Source: an uncultured Planctomycetota bacterium
Lineage (GTDB): Bacteria > Planctomycetota > Planctomycetia > Pirellulales > Lacipirellulaceae
Assembly (NCBI GenBank): GCA_963786455.1
Contig: CAWAZX010000025.1
Coordinates: 179,350 to 243,349, forward strand
Length of the DNA: 64,000 nucleotides
Direction of reading: 5' to 3'
A program made the position numbers and the translations under genes. Each line of letters opens with the position of its first letter. Positions within the stretch are counted from its first letter, which is position 1. Under the pieces are notes generated by a model. The model saw only the letters and a list, made by a program, of their open reading frames with translations. It did no database searches and was not told where the DNA came from. This document shows positions 31,333 through 40,250 of this stretch, in pieces.

Positions 31333-31836
31333 ATGATGGGCAACCCGTTTGTCCCGCGTGCCTCGAATATTTCTCGTCTACATGTTTGGGTCTCTATGGT
31401 CGTCTTGGCCCTACATCAACGCTGTTCGGCTGTAGCGTGCGGACTTATTGGTCTCGTTGTGCTGCAGTTCGTAGCCGTCTCCCGAGCGGACGCAACCTGT
31501 GGTGATTGGCTGGCGGTGCCGGGTGAACGCCAGATGTTGGCCCATCAGAGGCCAATGGCCCACGGCGAAACAACGAATCCGTCGACTGCCAGTCAACGCG
31601 ATTCGACGCCGCTTTCAAGATCCAAGCCGTGCAACGGTCCCTATTGTCGGAGCGCACCGTTTCATCCGTCTCCCAATACGCCGGTGAGCATTACGTATCA
31701 TTCTGATCGGCTTGCCGTTTTTGTCTGTCTCGCGGGTGAGGATGCGTTGCGACTTGAATCGAAATTCTATCGCGAGCCGAACGTGTGCGCTGCTCCCGGT
31801 TTTAAGGCGCGCATCGAGCATCCTCCTCGCGTCTAA
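31333..31836 (+). CDS. small secreted Cys-motif protein, copy B (unassigned family)
   Basis: Intact ORF with a strong SD. It has a long N-terminal region + hydrophobic segment ...LIGLVVLQFVAVSRADA, then TCGDWLAV...KPCNGPYCRSAPFHP...GFKARIEHPPRV-stop. Confidence 0.7.
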   Translation: MMGNPFVPRASNISRLHVWVSMVVLALHQRCSAVACGLIGLVVLQFVAVSRADATCGDWLAVPGERQMLAHQRPMAHGETTNPSTASQRDSTPLSRSKPCNGPYCRSAPFHPSPNTPVSITYHSDRLAVFVCLAGEDALRLESKFYREPNVCAAPGFKARIEHPPRV

Positions 31837-32095
31837 GCGATTGTTTCTTGCTCGACCAAGTGGTTTGCCGCTTGTCGCTCGATGGTTGCGCTGCGCCGTG
31901 GCATTCGCCTAATGAATCTGCGTGGCGCTTCTGGTTGCCCGCTGCGTATTTGACAGTGAGCGGCGTGTAGATGAAAGAAGCGGCAGCGATCGCCCGCAAA
32001 AAAAAAGTAGGTTTGTCCGCGAGCCGTCTGCTCGCGGCGGCCATCCGTGTTTGTATCCCCCGGCAATTAACGGATTCAGGACGTGAGGATCACCG

Positions 32096-33202
32096 ATGCT
32101 TACCAAACGCCTTCAACGAGGCTTCACGCTGGTTGAACTGCTCGTTGTGATCGCGATTATTGGAACGTTGGTCGCACTTTTATTACCGGCCGTTCAAGCG
32201 GCGCGGGAAGCAGCGCGGCGGAGCAACTGCCAGAATAACCTCCGGCAAATTGGCCTGGCAATTCAAAACCACGCGAACGCTTTCGGCGTGTTTCCTACTG
32301 GTGGTGCGGAAGTCAATCCGAAGATCGAGCACTACATTGCCAACGGAAAGCCATTTGGTCCCAACAAGCAAGGGCTTGGTTGGGCCTACCAGATTCTGCC
32401 TTATCTTGAGGAAGGCACGCTCCAAATTCTGGTGAAGCAGGATGAACTTCAAGCGGCGGCCATTCCGCTCTATGTGTGTCCGTCTCGGCGCACCGTGTCG
32501 TCGGCCAAGGTCGAGCGCGGAAAACCTCGGCGGGAAGCCCGTGTTTCTGATCGATTACGCGGCGGCGCAGCCGTGCACGGTGGAATGCCCAGCGGGCAGT
32601 GCCGGTTGTTCCACTCCGCCGCGCGCTACAACCCGCGAGACGCGGTACCGATCAGCCCGGCCAACTATGAAATCAACTGGCCGTCGCTTTGGGGAGGCAA
32701 GAATCCGAATTTCCGGCTGCAGGCGCACAACCAGGTGTACGACGGCGTCATCGTCCGGTCTGCCTGGCGCCGAAACGATCCGCTGTTTACGCATGGAGCG
32801 CCGGGTGGTGGTGAGTTTCTGAGCGGCGTGCCCGCGCCGACAACCTTCGCCAAGATCATTGACGGTACCAGCAAAACGTTCATGCTCGGCGAAAAGTACG
32901 TTCGTTCGGACAGCTACCAAGGAGGGGGCTCGTCGGACGATCACGGCTGGAGCGAAGGATGGGATACCGACGTCGTTCGCTCCACGTGTTTCCAACCCTA
33001 TCCGGACAGCGACGGCTACCAGTTTCAGTCGCTGGGGGCGGACGACATTTTCGGGCACGAGAAGGATGTGGTTTATTTTGGATCGGCGCACTCCGGCGGT
33101 TTCCACGGCATCTTTGCCGACGGATCGATTCAAACGTTGAGCTACGACATCGACGTCGTGGTTTTCAATTCACTCGCCACGCGCAGGACAGGAAGTGGTT
33201 GA
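32096..33202 (+). CDS. DUF1559 protein with a prepilin-type N-terminal cleavage/methylation domain (planctomycete pseudopilin-like)
   Basis: Intact. [48 protein letters not shown], plus the C-terminal H-x9-DG motif [13 protein letters not shown]. Confidence 0.9.
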   Translation: MLTKRLQRGFTLVELLVVIAIIGTLVALLLPAVQAAREAARRSNCQNNLRQIGLAIQNHANAFGVFPTGGAEVNPKIEHYIANGKPFGPNKQGLGWAYQILPYLEEGTLQILVKQDELQAAAIPLYVCPSRRTVSSAKVERGKPRREARVSDRLRGGAAVHGGMPSGQCRLFHSAARYNPRDAVPISPANYEINWPSLWGGKNPNFRLQAHNQVYDGVIVRSAWRRNDPLFTHGAPGGGEFLSGVPAPTTFAKIIDGTSKTFMLGEKYVRSDSYQGGGSSDDHGWSEGWDTDVVRSTCFQPYPDSDGYQFQSLGADDIFGHEKDVVYFGSAHSGGFHGIFADGSIQTLSYDIDVVVFNSLATRRTGSG

Positions 33203-33288
33203 TGACGAGTCGCTTAACTAATGTGGCGCACTGACGCCGGTCATTCTACAAACCCAAATCCAATACCTAAACTAAATCGAACGACAAC

Positions 33289-35337
33289 ATGCTTTACACC
33301 AATCAAATTGCATTGACTCGCAAAATGAATTTCAATACCCAGCGCAATCGCCTGAAATGCCCGCGCCGCATGGGCTTGGCGGTGCTGGTACTGATCCTCG
33401 CTTATTCCACGAAGAGTGCGCAAGGGGTTGAAACAGTCGCCCGTATTTGGGATGAGCAACTGCTGCACGCGATCAGTCTCGATACGGCGCGGCCGACAGT
33501 GCACGCCCGCAATTTGTATCACATGTCGGCTGCGATGTACGACGCCTGGGCCGCCTACGATAACACGGCCCGCGGATCTATATTCAAGGGAAAAACCACA
33601 GCAGTGAACATCGAGCAGGCGCGCAACGAAGCAATCAGCCATGCCGCGTTCAATATCATCTTGCACCGCTTTCACGACGGGCCTGCCGGCGTCGGCCCAG
33701 GCCGAGTACAGTCGCTTGCCGACATTCGCCAGCAGATGACGGCGCTTGGCTACAATCCGGACAACAAATCCACAGTGGGTGACTCTCCGGCCGCGTTGGG
33801 TAATCGCATAGCACAGGCCGTGATTAACCATGGTCTTGCAGATGGTGCCAACGAAGTGAACCGATACGCGACGCCCGCAGGGCAGTTCGCACGTGTGAAC
33901 CAGCCGCTAACGTTCGACCTGCCTGGTAACACGATGGTCGACAAGAACCGGTGGCAACCGCTGCATTTTCTCGGCGGCCGGATCGACCAATTTGGTCGGC
34001 CGATCAATGAATCGACGCAAGTGCACCTGTCGCCGTTTTGGGGGCAGGTGACACCATTCGCGATTACGTCCGCTGATCGCAGTGCCAACGGCGTGTACCA
34101 CGACCAAGGCACGCCGCGGCGGCTCGGCGGGGCGACGGACGCGGCGTTCAAGCAGAGAGACGCGTTGGAGTTCCTACGCATCTCTTCGCACCTGGACCCC
34201 AATGATAGTGAGATGATCGACATCTCGCCTGCTACACGCGGCAACACTCCCAATGCGCCATTCACAGAAAGTTACGCGCAGGCCGGTTACGCTTTGAATC
34301 CATTTACCGGCCAACCTTATACGCCGCAAATAGTGAAGCACGGCGATTTCGGCCGCGTTGTGGCCGAGTTTTGGGCCGACGGCCCGCGTTCGACCGCGCC
34401 ACCCGGACACTGGAATGAAATCGCCAACGACGTTTCCGACAAGATGGACTCGCTGGGAATTGCGAAACGGATTGGTGGAACCGGCCCTGTTATCAGTGAC
34501 TTGGAGTGGGACGTCAAAAAGTATCTCGCGCTGAACGGCGGATTGCACGACGCAGCCGTCGCCGCCTGGAACCACAAGGGAGTATACGATTCGGCGCGCC
34601 CAATTTCATTCATTCGCTACATGGGTCAGCTCGGGCAATCGAGTGATCCGAACCTCAAGGTCGATCTTGGCGGCGGCAACCTGGTGGATACGTACCATCC
34701 CGACGGTTTGCCGCTCGAGCCGGGTCTGGTGGAAGTAATCACACCACAAACCACAGCGGCGGGCCAACGGCACGAGCAGCTTGCCGGCCATGAGGGCAAG
34801 GTGGCCATTCGCGCTTGGCAGGGGGCTATCGACGGCATTGCCCCGTTTGACGACCCGTCCGAAATCAGCGGCGTCAATTGGATCACGGCCGAAACGTGGA
34901 TGCCGTATCAGTTGGCCGGCTTCGTTACGCCGCCGTTCGCCGGTTATGTGTCGGGACACTCGACTTTCAGCCGCACGGGCGCGGAAGTGATGGCGCTGTT
35001 TACGGGCAGTGAGTTCTTTCCCGGCGGGATCTTTGAATATGAGATTCCGATCGGAGCGGGCTTGGATTTCGAATATGGCCCGTCGGCCGCGATGAAGTTG
35101 CAGTACGCTACTTATTTCGACGCCTCGGATCAGGCGTCGATTTCGCGGATTTACGGAGGCATTCACCCGCCGGCGGATGATTTTCCCGGTCGACGGATCG
35201 GGAACATGGTGGGCCCGGACGCGTTTCATCGGTCCATGTTGTTGTTTGCAGGGGTGCCAGAACCCGCGAGCGCGCTTCTTTTTGCTGTTGCTGCAAGTTT
35301 GATGTGCGGTCTGCGAGTGCGGCGTTTCGAATCGTAG
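33289..35337 (+). CDS. PAP2-superfamily / vanadium-dependent haloperoxidase-like protein with a C-terminal PEP-CTERM sorting signal
   Basis: Intact 682 aa (an alternative start is MNFNTQ at 33325). All three PAP2 motifs are present: KGVYDSARP (Kx6RP), VSGHSTF (SGH) and SRIYGGIHPPAD (SRx5Hx3D). The N-terminal part ARIWDEQLLHAISLDTARPTVHARNLYHMSAAMYDAW is typical of bacterial VHPO-like proteins. The C-terminal end is VPEPASALLFAVAASLMCGLRVRRFES. Confidence 0.8.
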   Translation: MLYTNQIALTRKMNFNTQRNRLKCPRRMGLAVLVLILAYSTKSAQGVETVARIWDEQLLHAISLDTARPTVHARNLYHMSAAMYDAWAAYDNTARGSIFKGKTTAVNIEQARNEAISHAAFNIILHRFHDGPAGVGPGRVQSLADIRQQMTALGYNPDNKSTVGDSPAALGNRIAQAVINHGLADGANEVNRYATPAGQFARVNQPLTFDLPGNTMVDKNRWQPLHFLGGRIDQFGRPINESTQVHLSPFWGQVTPFAITSADRSANGVYHDQGTPRRLGGATDAAFKQRDALEFLRISSHLDPNDSEMIDISPATRGNTPNAPFTESYAQAGYALNPFTGQPYTPQIVKHGDFGRVVAEFWADGPRSTAPPGHWNEIANDVSDKMDSLGIAKRIGGTGPVISDLEWDVKKYLALNGGLHDAAVAAWNHKGVYDSARPISFIRYMGQLGQSSDPNLKVDLGGGNLVDTYHPDGLPLEPGLVEVITPQTTAAGQRHEQLAGHEGKVAIRAWQGAIDGIAPFDDPSEISGVNWITAETWMPYQLAGFVTPPFAGYVSGHSTFSRTGAEVMALFTGSEFFPGGIFEYEIPIGAGLDFEYGPSAAMKLQYATYFDASDQASISRIYGGIHPPADDFPGRRIGNMVGPDAFHRSMLLFAGVPEPASALLFAVAASLMCGLRVRRFES

Positions 35338-35352
35338 CAAAGCAATCTATCG

Positions 35353-37258
35353 ATGTCATCGCAACGGCTAGTGTGTAGACTTCTCCACGAAATAGCTGCT
35401 TTTCTGGCAGCGGTGGTGGTCGTTTGCGCTTGTGGTATGCCGGCGATCGCCGTGTTCTCGGATGTCACGGCAAGTGCCGGGATCAATCATTTGCAGCACG
35501 TTGGCAATGCGCCGGGGCGGGCCTGTTCCGCACCGGCGGCGCGGCCGCGGCCGATTACGACAACGACGGGTTGACTGATCTGTTCGTGACACGCCTCAAC
35601 GCGCGCCCGCTCTTGTACCGCAACCTGGGGAACGGCACGTTTCAGGACGTCGCCGTGACGGCCGGATTCACTTCCAGCCTTCCTGCCAACGGTGTGGCCT
35701 GGGGCGACATCGAGAACGACGGTGACAAGGATTTGTACGTCACGTCATCGGGCGGGACGCGGTTTTATTTGTACGTCAATAACGGCAATGGCACGTTCAG
35801 CGAACAGGCAACTCGCGCGGAGCCGCTATTTCCGGCGTGTTCCGCTACGGACAGAGTGCGACCTTCGGCGACTACGACGGCGACGGCTATCTGGATATTC
35901 ACACCAATGATTGGGCCACCGACAGCGCGGTAAGCGCGTCGCGCTTGTTGCGCAATCTTGGTGCGGCGAATCCGGGACATTTCGAGGACGTGACCGCAGC
36001 TGCTGGTCTCAATGTTTTTCGCCCCTCGCGGTTTGCGGACGGCAGCACCGATTCCAACGCTTATCGCTACTCGTCGACGTTCACGGACTTAGACCGCGAC
36101 GGCCATCCCGATCTCGCGATTGCAGCCGATTTCCTCACGAGCCAGGTCTTTTGGAACAACGGTGATGGCACGTTTACCGATGGCACTGCCGCGGCGGGCG
36201 TCGGCACCGACGAGGACGGTATGGGCAGCGCCATCGGCGACTACGACGGCGACGGTCGGCTCGATTGGTTCGTCTCCGCGCTGGTCGATGTGCCCGGCGG
36301 TCCTGCGCCACACAGCGGCAACCGCCTCTTTCGCAACAACGGCAATCGCACATTTACCGATCAGACCGACGTGGCAGGCGTGCGAAATTCCGGTTGGTCC
36401 TGGGGAACCACCTTTCTCGACCACGACAACGACCGCGACCTGGATCTGTTTGTTACTAACGGATGGGATACGACGACCAACGATCAGTCACGCCTGTTCC
36501 AAAATGACGCCGGGGTATTTGCTGACGTTTCGAATGCCGCCGGCGTCACGGACATGAAATTCGGGCGGGGGCTGGTCAGCTTTGATTATGACAACGACGG
36601 TGACCTCGATGTCTACATTGCAAATCATGGAGCGCAGCCCATTCTCTACCGCAACGACGGCGGTAACGCGAACGACTGGCTAAAGCTCAAATTGCAAGGA
36701 ACGGTTTCAAACCGAGATGGTCTAGGTGCGCTTGTTACGGTCGATCCCGACACGATGACGACGGGCGATGAAATGGTCCGCGAATTGAACGGCGGCAGCA
36801 ATTTCCTCGGGCACAATGAGTTGCTTGTTCACGTCGGCCTGGGTCCGAGCGCTGCGAACATCGACTTGATTACGGTCGCGTGGCCCAGCGGCATCGTACA
36901 GCAACTTGCGAATGTTTCGGCGAATCAGGTGTTGAACGTGATCGAAATCACCGGGCCGGCGCCGCTAGAGGGCGACTACAACGATGACCTCGTGGTCGAT
37001 GCGGCCGACTATGTGATCTGGCGCACTCAATCGGGTGAGACGGGTACCGGACTCTCGGCGGACGGCAACAACGACCAAACGGTCAATCAGCTTGATTACG
37101 ATCTTTGGAAGGCGAATTTTGGGGCGTCGGTAGGCGGTTTTGCATCCGCGGCCCAGCTTGAACTCGTGCCCGAGCCGTCGGCGGCGCTGCTGATTGTTGT
37201 CGGATCGGTAGTCGCGAGGAATCTTGTGATGTCACAACGTGTACGACGTACTGCGTAA
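35353..37258 (+). CDS. FG-GAP/VCBS repeat protein with a dockerin-like repeat pair and PEP-CTERM anchor; 2 frame breaks near the 5' end
   Basis: DYDNDGLTDLFVT, GDIENDGDKDLYV, GDYDGDGYLDIH, TDLDRDGHPDLAI, GDYDGDGRLDWFV and FDYDNDGDLDVYI. A UnbV-like stretch reads NDWLKLKLQGTVSNRDGLGA. The dockerin-like part is DYNDDLVVDAADYVIWR...DGNNDQTVNQLDYDLWKANFG. The C-terminal end is VPEPSAALLIVVGSVVARNL...RVRR. Confidence 0.8.
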
Positions 37259-37279
37259 TTCTATTTGGGAGGGCCTTTT

Positions 37280-38287
37280 ATGTTGTCTCGCAAAAGACGA
37301 GTGCGAGGTTTTACTCTGGTTGAATTGCTAGTCGTCATTGCGATTATCGGAATCCTGGTGGCCCTGTTGCTGCCGGCGATTCAAGCGGCGCGCGAGGCGG
37401 CCCGGCGATCGAGCTGTATCAACAATCTTCGCCAGATGGGTCTGGCGATGCTGAACTACGAGTCGAGCTACAGAGTCTTTCCACCATCGGACGTGTTGGT
37501 GCCCAACACGAAAACGGGTTTGCTGACGTCCTCTTTGGGATTATCCGTCCATGCACGGCTGCTGCCGTTCGTGGAAGAGGCTGGTCTTCGCAGTTTGGTG
37601 AATTTTAGCGCCGCTTATGACAATGCATCCAACGACACTGCACGGATGACACGCGTTGCCATGTTCCTGTGCCCTTCGGACGGCGGTGAAAACGCGCTTT
37701 CTACGCATCTGAAAGGGGCAGCGACTAGTTACCAGGCCAATCAAGGTTCCGGCGTAGTCTGGAGCATTCCTTCGAATCCAAGCGATCCCAACTACGCGCT
37801 CGGGCCGCCCAACGGCGTGTTGATTCGCAACGGCGGCGTGAAGACCGGCGACGTGATCGACGGCATGAGCCACACGGCCGCCTTCTCTGAGCGGGTTGTC
37901 GGCGACGGTGACCAAGGCACGGTCACCGAAGCGAGCGACACATTTGCACCAGGCTCCACGCATCCGGGAGTCGAGAAGGCCTACCAGGATTGTCTGGCCG
38001 TCAACATCAGCGACCTCGCGAGGCAGGGATATTCCGACGTTGGTTTTCCTTGGATTCAGTCGTACCACAGCGCGACTATTTATTACCACAACATGCCGCC
38101 TAACGGCCGGTCCTGCATGTATCCGCCGGGCCAGATCATGACCACCGCCAGCAGCCGGCACAGTGGCGGCGTGAACGTGATGATGTGCGACGGCTCGGCT
38201 CGTTTCGTGTCCAACGATGTCAGCCGGCCCACCTGGCAAGCGCTGGGCAGCCGCAATGGCGAAGAGATCATCAACGAGCAGTTTTGA
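37280..38287 (+). CDS. DUF1559 protein with a prepilin-type N-terminal methylation domain
   Basis: Intact, with GGGAGGG upstream of the ATG at 37280. [44 protein letters not shown], plus [13 protein letters not shown] (H-x9-DG). Confidence 0.9.
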   Translation: MLSRKRRVRGFTLVELLVVIAIIGILVALLLPAIQAAREAARRSSCINNLRQMGLAMLNYESSYRVFPPSDVLVPNTKTGLLTSSLGLSVHARLLPFVEEAGLRSLVNFSAAYDNASNDTARMTRVAMFLCPSDGGENALSTHLKGAATSYQANQGSGVVWSIPSNPSDPNYALGPPNGVLIRNGGVKTGDVIDGMSHTAAFSERVVGDGDQGTVTEASDTFAPGSTHPGVEKAYQDCLAVNISDLARQGYSDVGFPWIQSYHSATIYYHNMPPNGRSCMYPPGQIMTTASSRHSGGVNVMMCDGSARFVSNDVSRPTWQALGSRNGEEIINEQF

Positions 38288-38342
38288 CGTGCAGCGCAGC
38301 CATGGGAATGAGGGGAGTTCCGCTACGAGATGGGGTCGTGAC

Positions 38343-38733
38343 ATGTCGAGAGGCAAATCGCAAAACCCCATGTTCCAATGGCTGCTTGCTGCACTTTTGC
38401 TGCAATCGGTCGGATGCGGTGGCGGCGGCGTGCCTGCTACCGAAGAGGCGGTGCGCACGCGCACTAACCGCGGCGCTGGATGCCTGGAAGGCGGGCCGCA
38501 CGGCCGAGGAAATGCGGCAGGAAAGCCCCGAAGTCGTTGTTGGAGATACGGACTGGAAGCTTGGCCGGCGGCTTGTGGGTTACCAAGTTGGCACGGGCAT
38601 GTTTGACGGCAAGAACCTCCGCGTTCCTGTGACGCTGACGATTGCCCAACCGCCGCGCGGCAACCGCCAGATCGTAGTAAACTACATCGTCGGTACGCAG
38701 CCTGTGGTTACGCTGTTCCGCGATGGAGAGTAA
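38343..38733 (+). CDS. small lipoprotein following DUF1559; 1 frame break near 38455
   Basis: MSRGKSQNPMFQWLLAALLLQSVGCGGGG (lipobox L-Q-S-V-G-C). After a slip it continues ARALTAALDAWKAGRTAEEMRQESPEVVVGDTDWKLGRRLVGYQV...VVNYIVGTQPVVTLFRDGE. Confidence 0.6.
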
Positions 38734-38758
38734 AACCATTCACAAGCGAGGATTGATT

Positions 38759-40096
38759 ATGAAACGCTTTCTTGTCGCTTCGGCGTTCATGTTCACGGTG
38801 CTGATTTCGGCGGCAGCGACGCGGGCCGCGGATCCGCCATCCGATACACCCAAGGCGGTGCCCGCCACACGGCCCGAAATGAAACAGGCGCTCGAAGCGC
38901 TCAAAGATCGCACGCCACGCCTCCCACTTCCGGAACGTGGGGAGGGCGGCGTCAACAACGGCCGCATGCGGGCCCAGTATTTGCCCGAGGGATGGGGCGG
39001 CGGGGGCGGACGCGGCGGGCGCGATCGTCAACGAGGACGCGACGGCCGGCGCGGCTCCGGCCGATTTGGTCAGGATCCGAATTCGACGATGGATTTCGCG
39101 TTCACCACCTCACTGTTTTGGATCGTGTCGCGGGGTAACAATTGCCATTACTGTCTGGGACACCAGGAACTGAAACTCCGCGGGGCTGGTTTGAACGACG
39201 ACACGATTGCATCGCTCGACAGCGATTGGTCCGTATTCGAACCACGCCAGCAGGCCGCGCTTGCCTACACTCGAAAACTCACACTCGAGCCGCAGCTGAT
39301 CGGCGACAAGGACATCGCCGCCCTGAAATCGCTGTTCACCGATGCCGAAATCATCGAGCTAACATTCAATATCGCGCGATTCAATGCCACCAACCGCTGG
39401 ACCGACGGCATGGGTATCCCGCAGGACCAACGATTCAGTGAGGAAGATTCATCGCTCGATACTCCGACGAATGAGAAATTCCAGAACACGGTGAGTGTCG
39501 CCACGCCGCAGACGCGCGCTTCACGACCCGGGCCGCCGAGCATTCTCGAAGCCATGAAGGCAATGGCTACATGCCATAACCGCGCGGCCCGCGTCGAATT
39601 GTCGAGCGAAGAAAAAGCCGTCGCTGCGCTGGCCGGCGTTGTCGAACAGCGTGAGCCACGCAACTGGGAACGTGCCATGGCCCAACTCGCAGGCAATGGC
39701 CCGTCGCAGGTGGCCACACTGAACGCGATCATTACGGACGACCATCTCAGCCCGCGGCTCAAGGCGGAATTGTTTTTGATATCCGCGGCCAATAATCGCG
39801 CGTGGTACGCCGTGGGGCATGCCGCTTGCCGATTGCACAGTCTGGGGGCCAGTCACGAAGATATGGCGGGGTTGATCAGCAACGAGCCGAAGGGCGAAGC
39901 GGCGGCCGCCTACCGGCTCGCCGCCCAGCTCACCGCGAATCCGCATCTGATCACGGACGCGGACATTGCGCAAGTGCGCGAACATTTCAGCGATGCGGAA
40001 ACGGCGCAGATCGTGCAGGTAATTTGCATGGCCAACATGTTTGACCGCTTTACCGAGGCGCTTGGCCTGCCGCTGGAAGAGGGGCTTTGCCATTAA
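38759..40096 (+). CDS. secreted carboxymuconolactone-decarboxylase (AhpD-like) family protein with a double domain
   Basis: Intact. Signal peptide MKRFLVASAFMFTVLISAAATRA. LFWIVSRGNNCHYCLGHQE (CxxC of the AhpD fold) and NIARFNATNRWTDGMGIP. The second half is degenerate (AVGHAACRLHS). An Arg/Gly-rich linker lies at 38990-39070. Confidence 0.75.
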   Translation: MKRFLVASAFMFTVLISAAATRAADPPSDTPKAVPATRPEMKQALEALKDRTPRLPLPERGEGGVNNGRMRAQYLPEGWGGGGGRGGRDRQRGRDGRRGSGRFGQDPNSTMDFAFTTSLFWIVSRGNNCHYCLGHQELKLRGAGLNDDTIASLDSDWSVFEPRQQAALAYTRKLTLEPQLIGDKDIAALKSLFTDAEIIELTFNIARFNATNRWTDGMGIPQDQRFSEEDSSLDTPTNEKFQNTVSVATPQTRASRPGPPSILEAMKAMATCHNRAARVELSSEEKAVAALAGVVEQREPRNWERAMAQLAGNGPSQVATLNAIITDDHLSPRLKAELFLISAANNRAWYAVGHAACRLHSLGASHEDMAGLISNEPKGEAAAAYRLAAQLTANPHLITDADIAQVREHFSDAETAQIVQVICMANMFDRFTEALGLPLEEGLCH

Positions 40097-40250
40097 TGAC
40101 GGGCGACTGGGTGGCACTTCCCTGACTTCGGCGAGCTCAGTCGAGTCGAGCCCGCGGCGAAGGGCCTGGTTTGTTCACAAAGTGTTGTTGACCACGCCCA
40201 TTGCCAGAGGCTCTGGGCGTGCCACCCAAGTGCGGATCTAATCTAATCCC

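Noticed and set aside
31998-32037. An A9 run followed by the hairpin CCGCGAGC-CGTCT-GCTCGCGG upstream of the first DUF1559 gene, considered as an intrinsic terminator.
   Set aside because: The T-run follows the hairpin only on the - strand, where no gene ends. On the + strand the downstream tract (GTGTTTGT) is weak. It may help insulate copy B from DUF1559, but the evidence is insufficient to call it.
40109-40227. A 9-bp perfect inverted repeat (GGGTGGCAC ... GTGCCACCC) flanking about 100 nt between the AhpD-like and CRTAC1 genes, considered as MITE ends or a long terminator stem.
   Set aside because: A 9-mer inverted pair within about 100 nt is expected by chance a couple of dozen times in 64 kb. 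The extension beyond 9 bp is imperfect, and there is no second copy of the internal sequence in the window.
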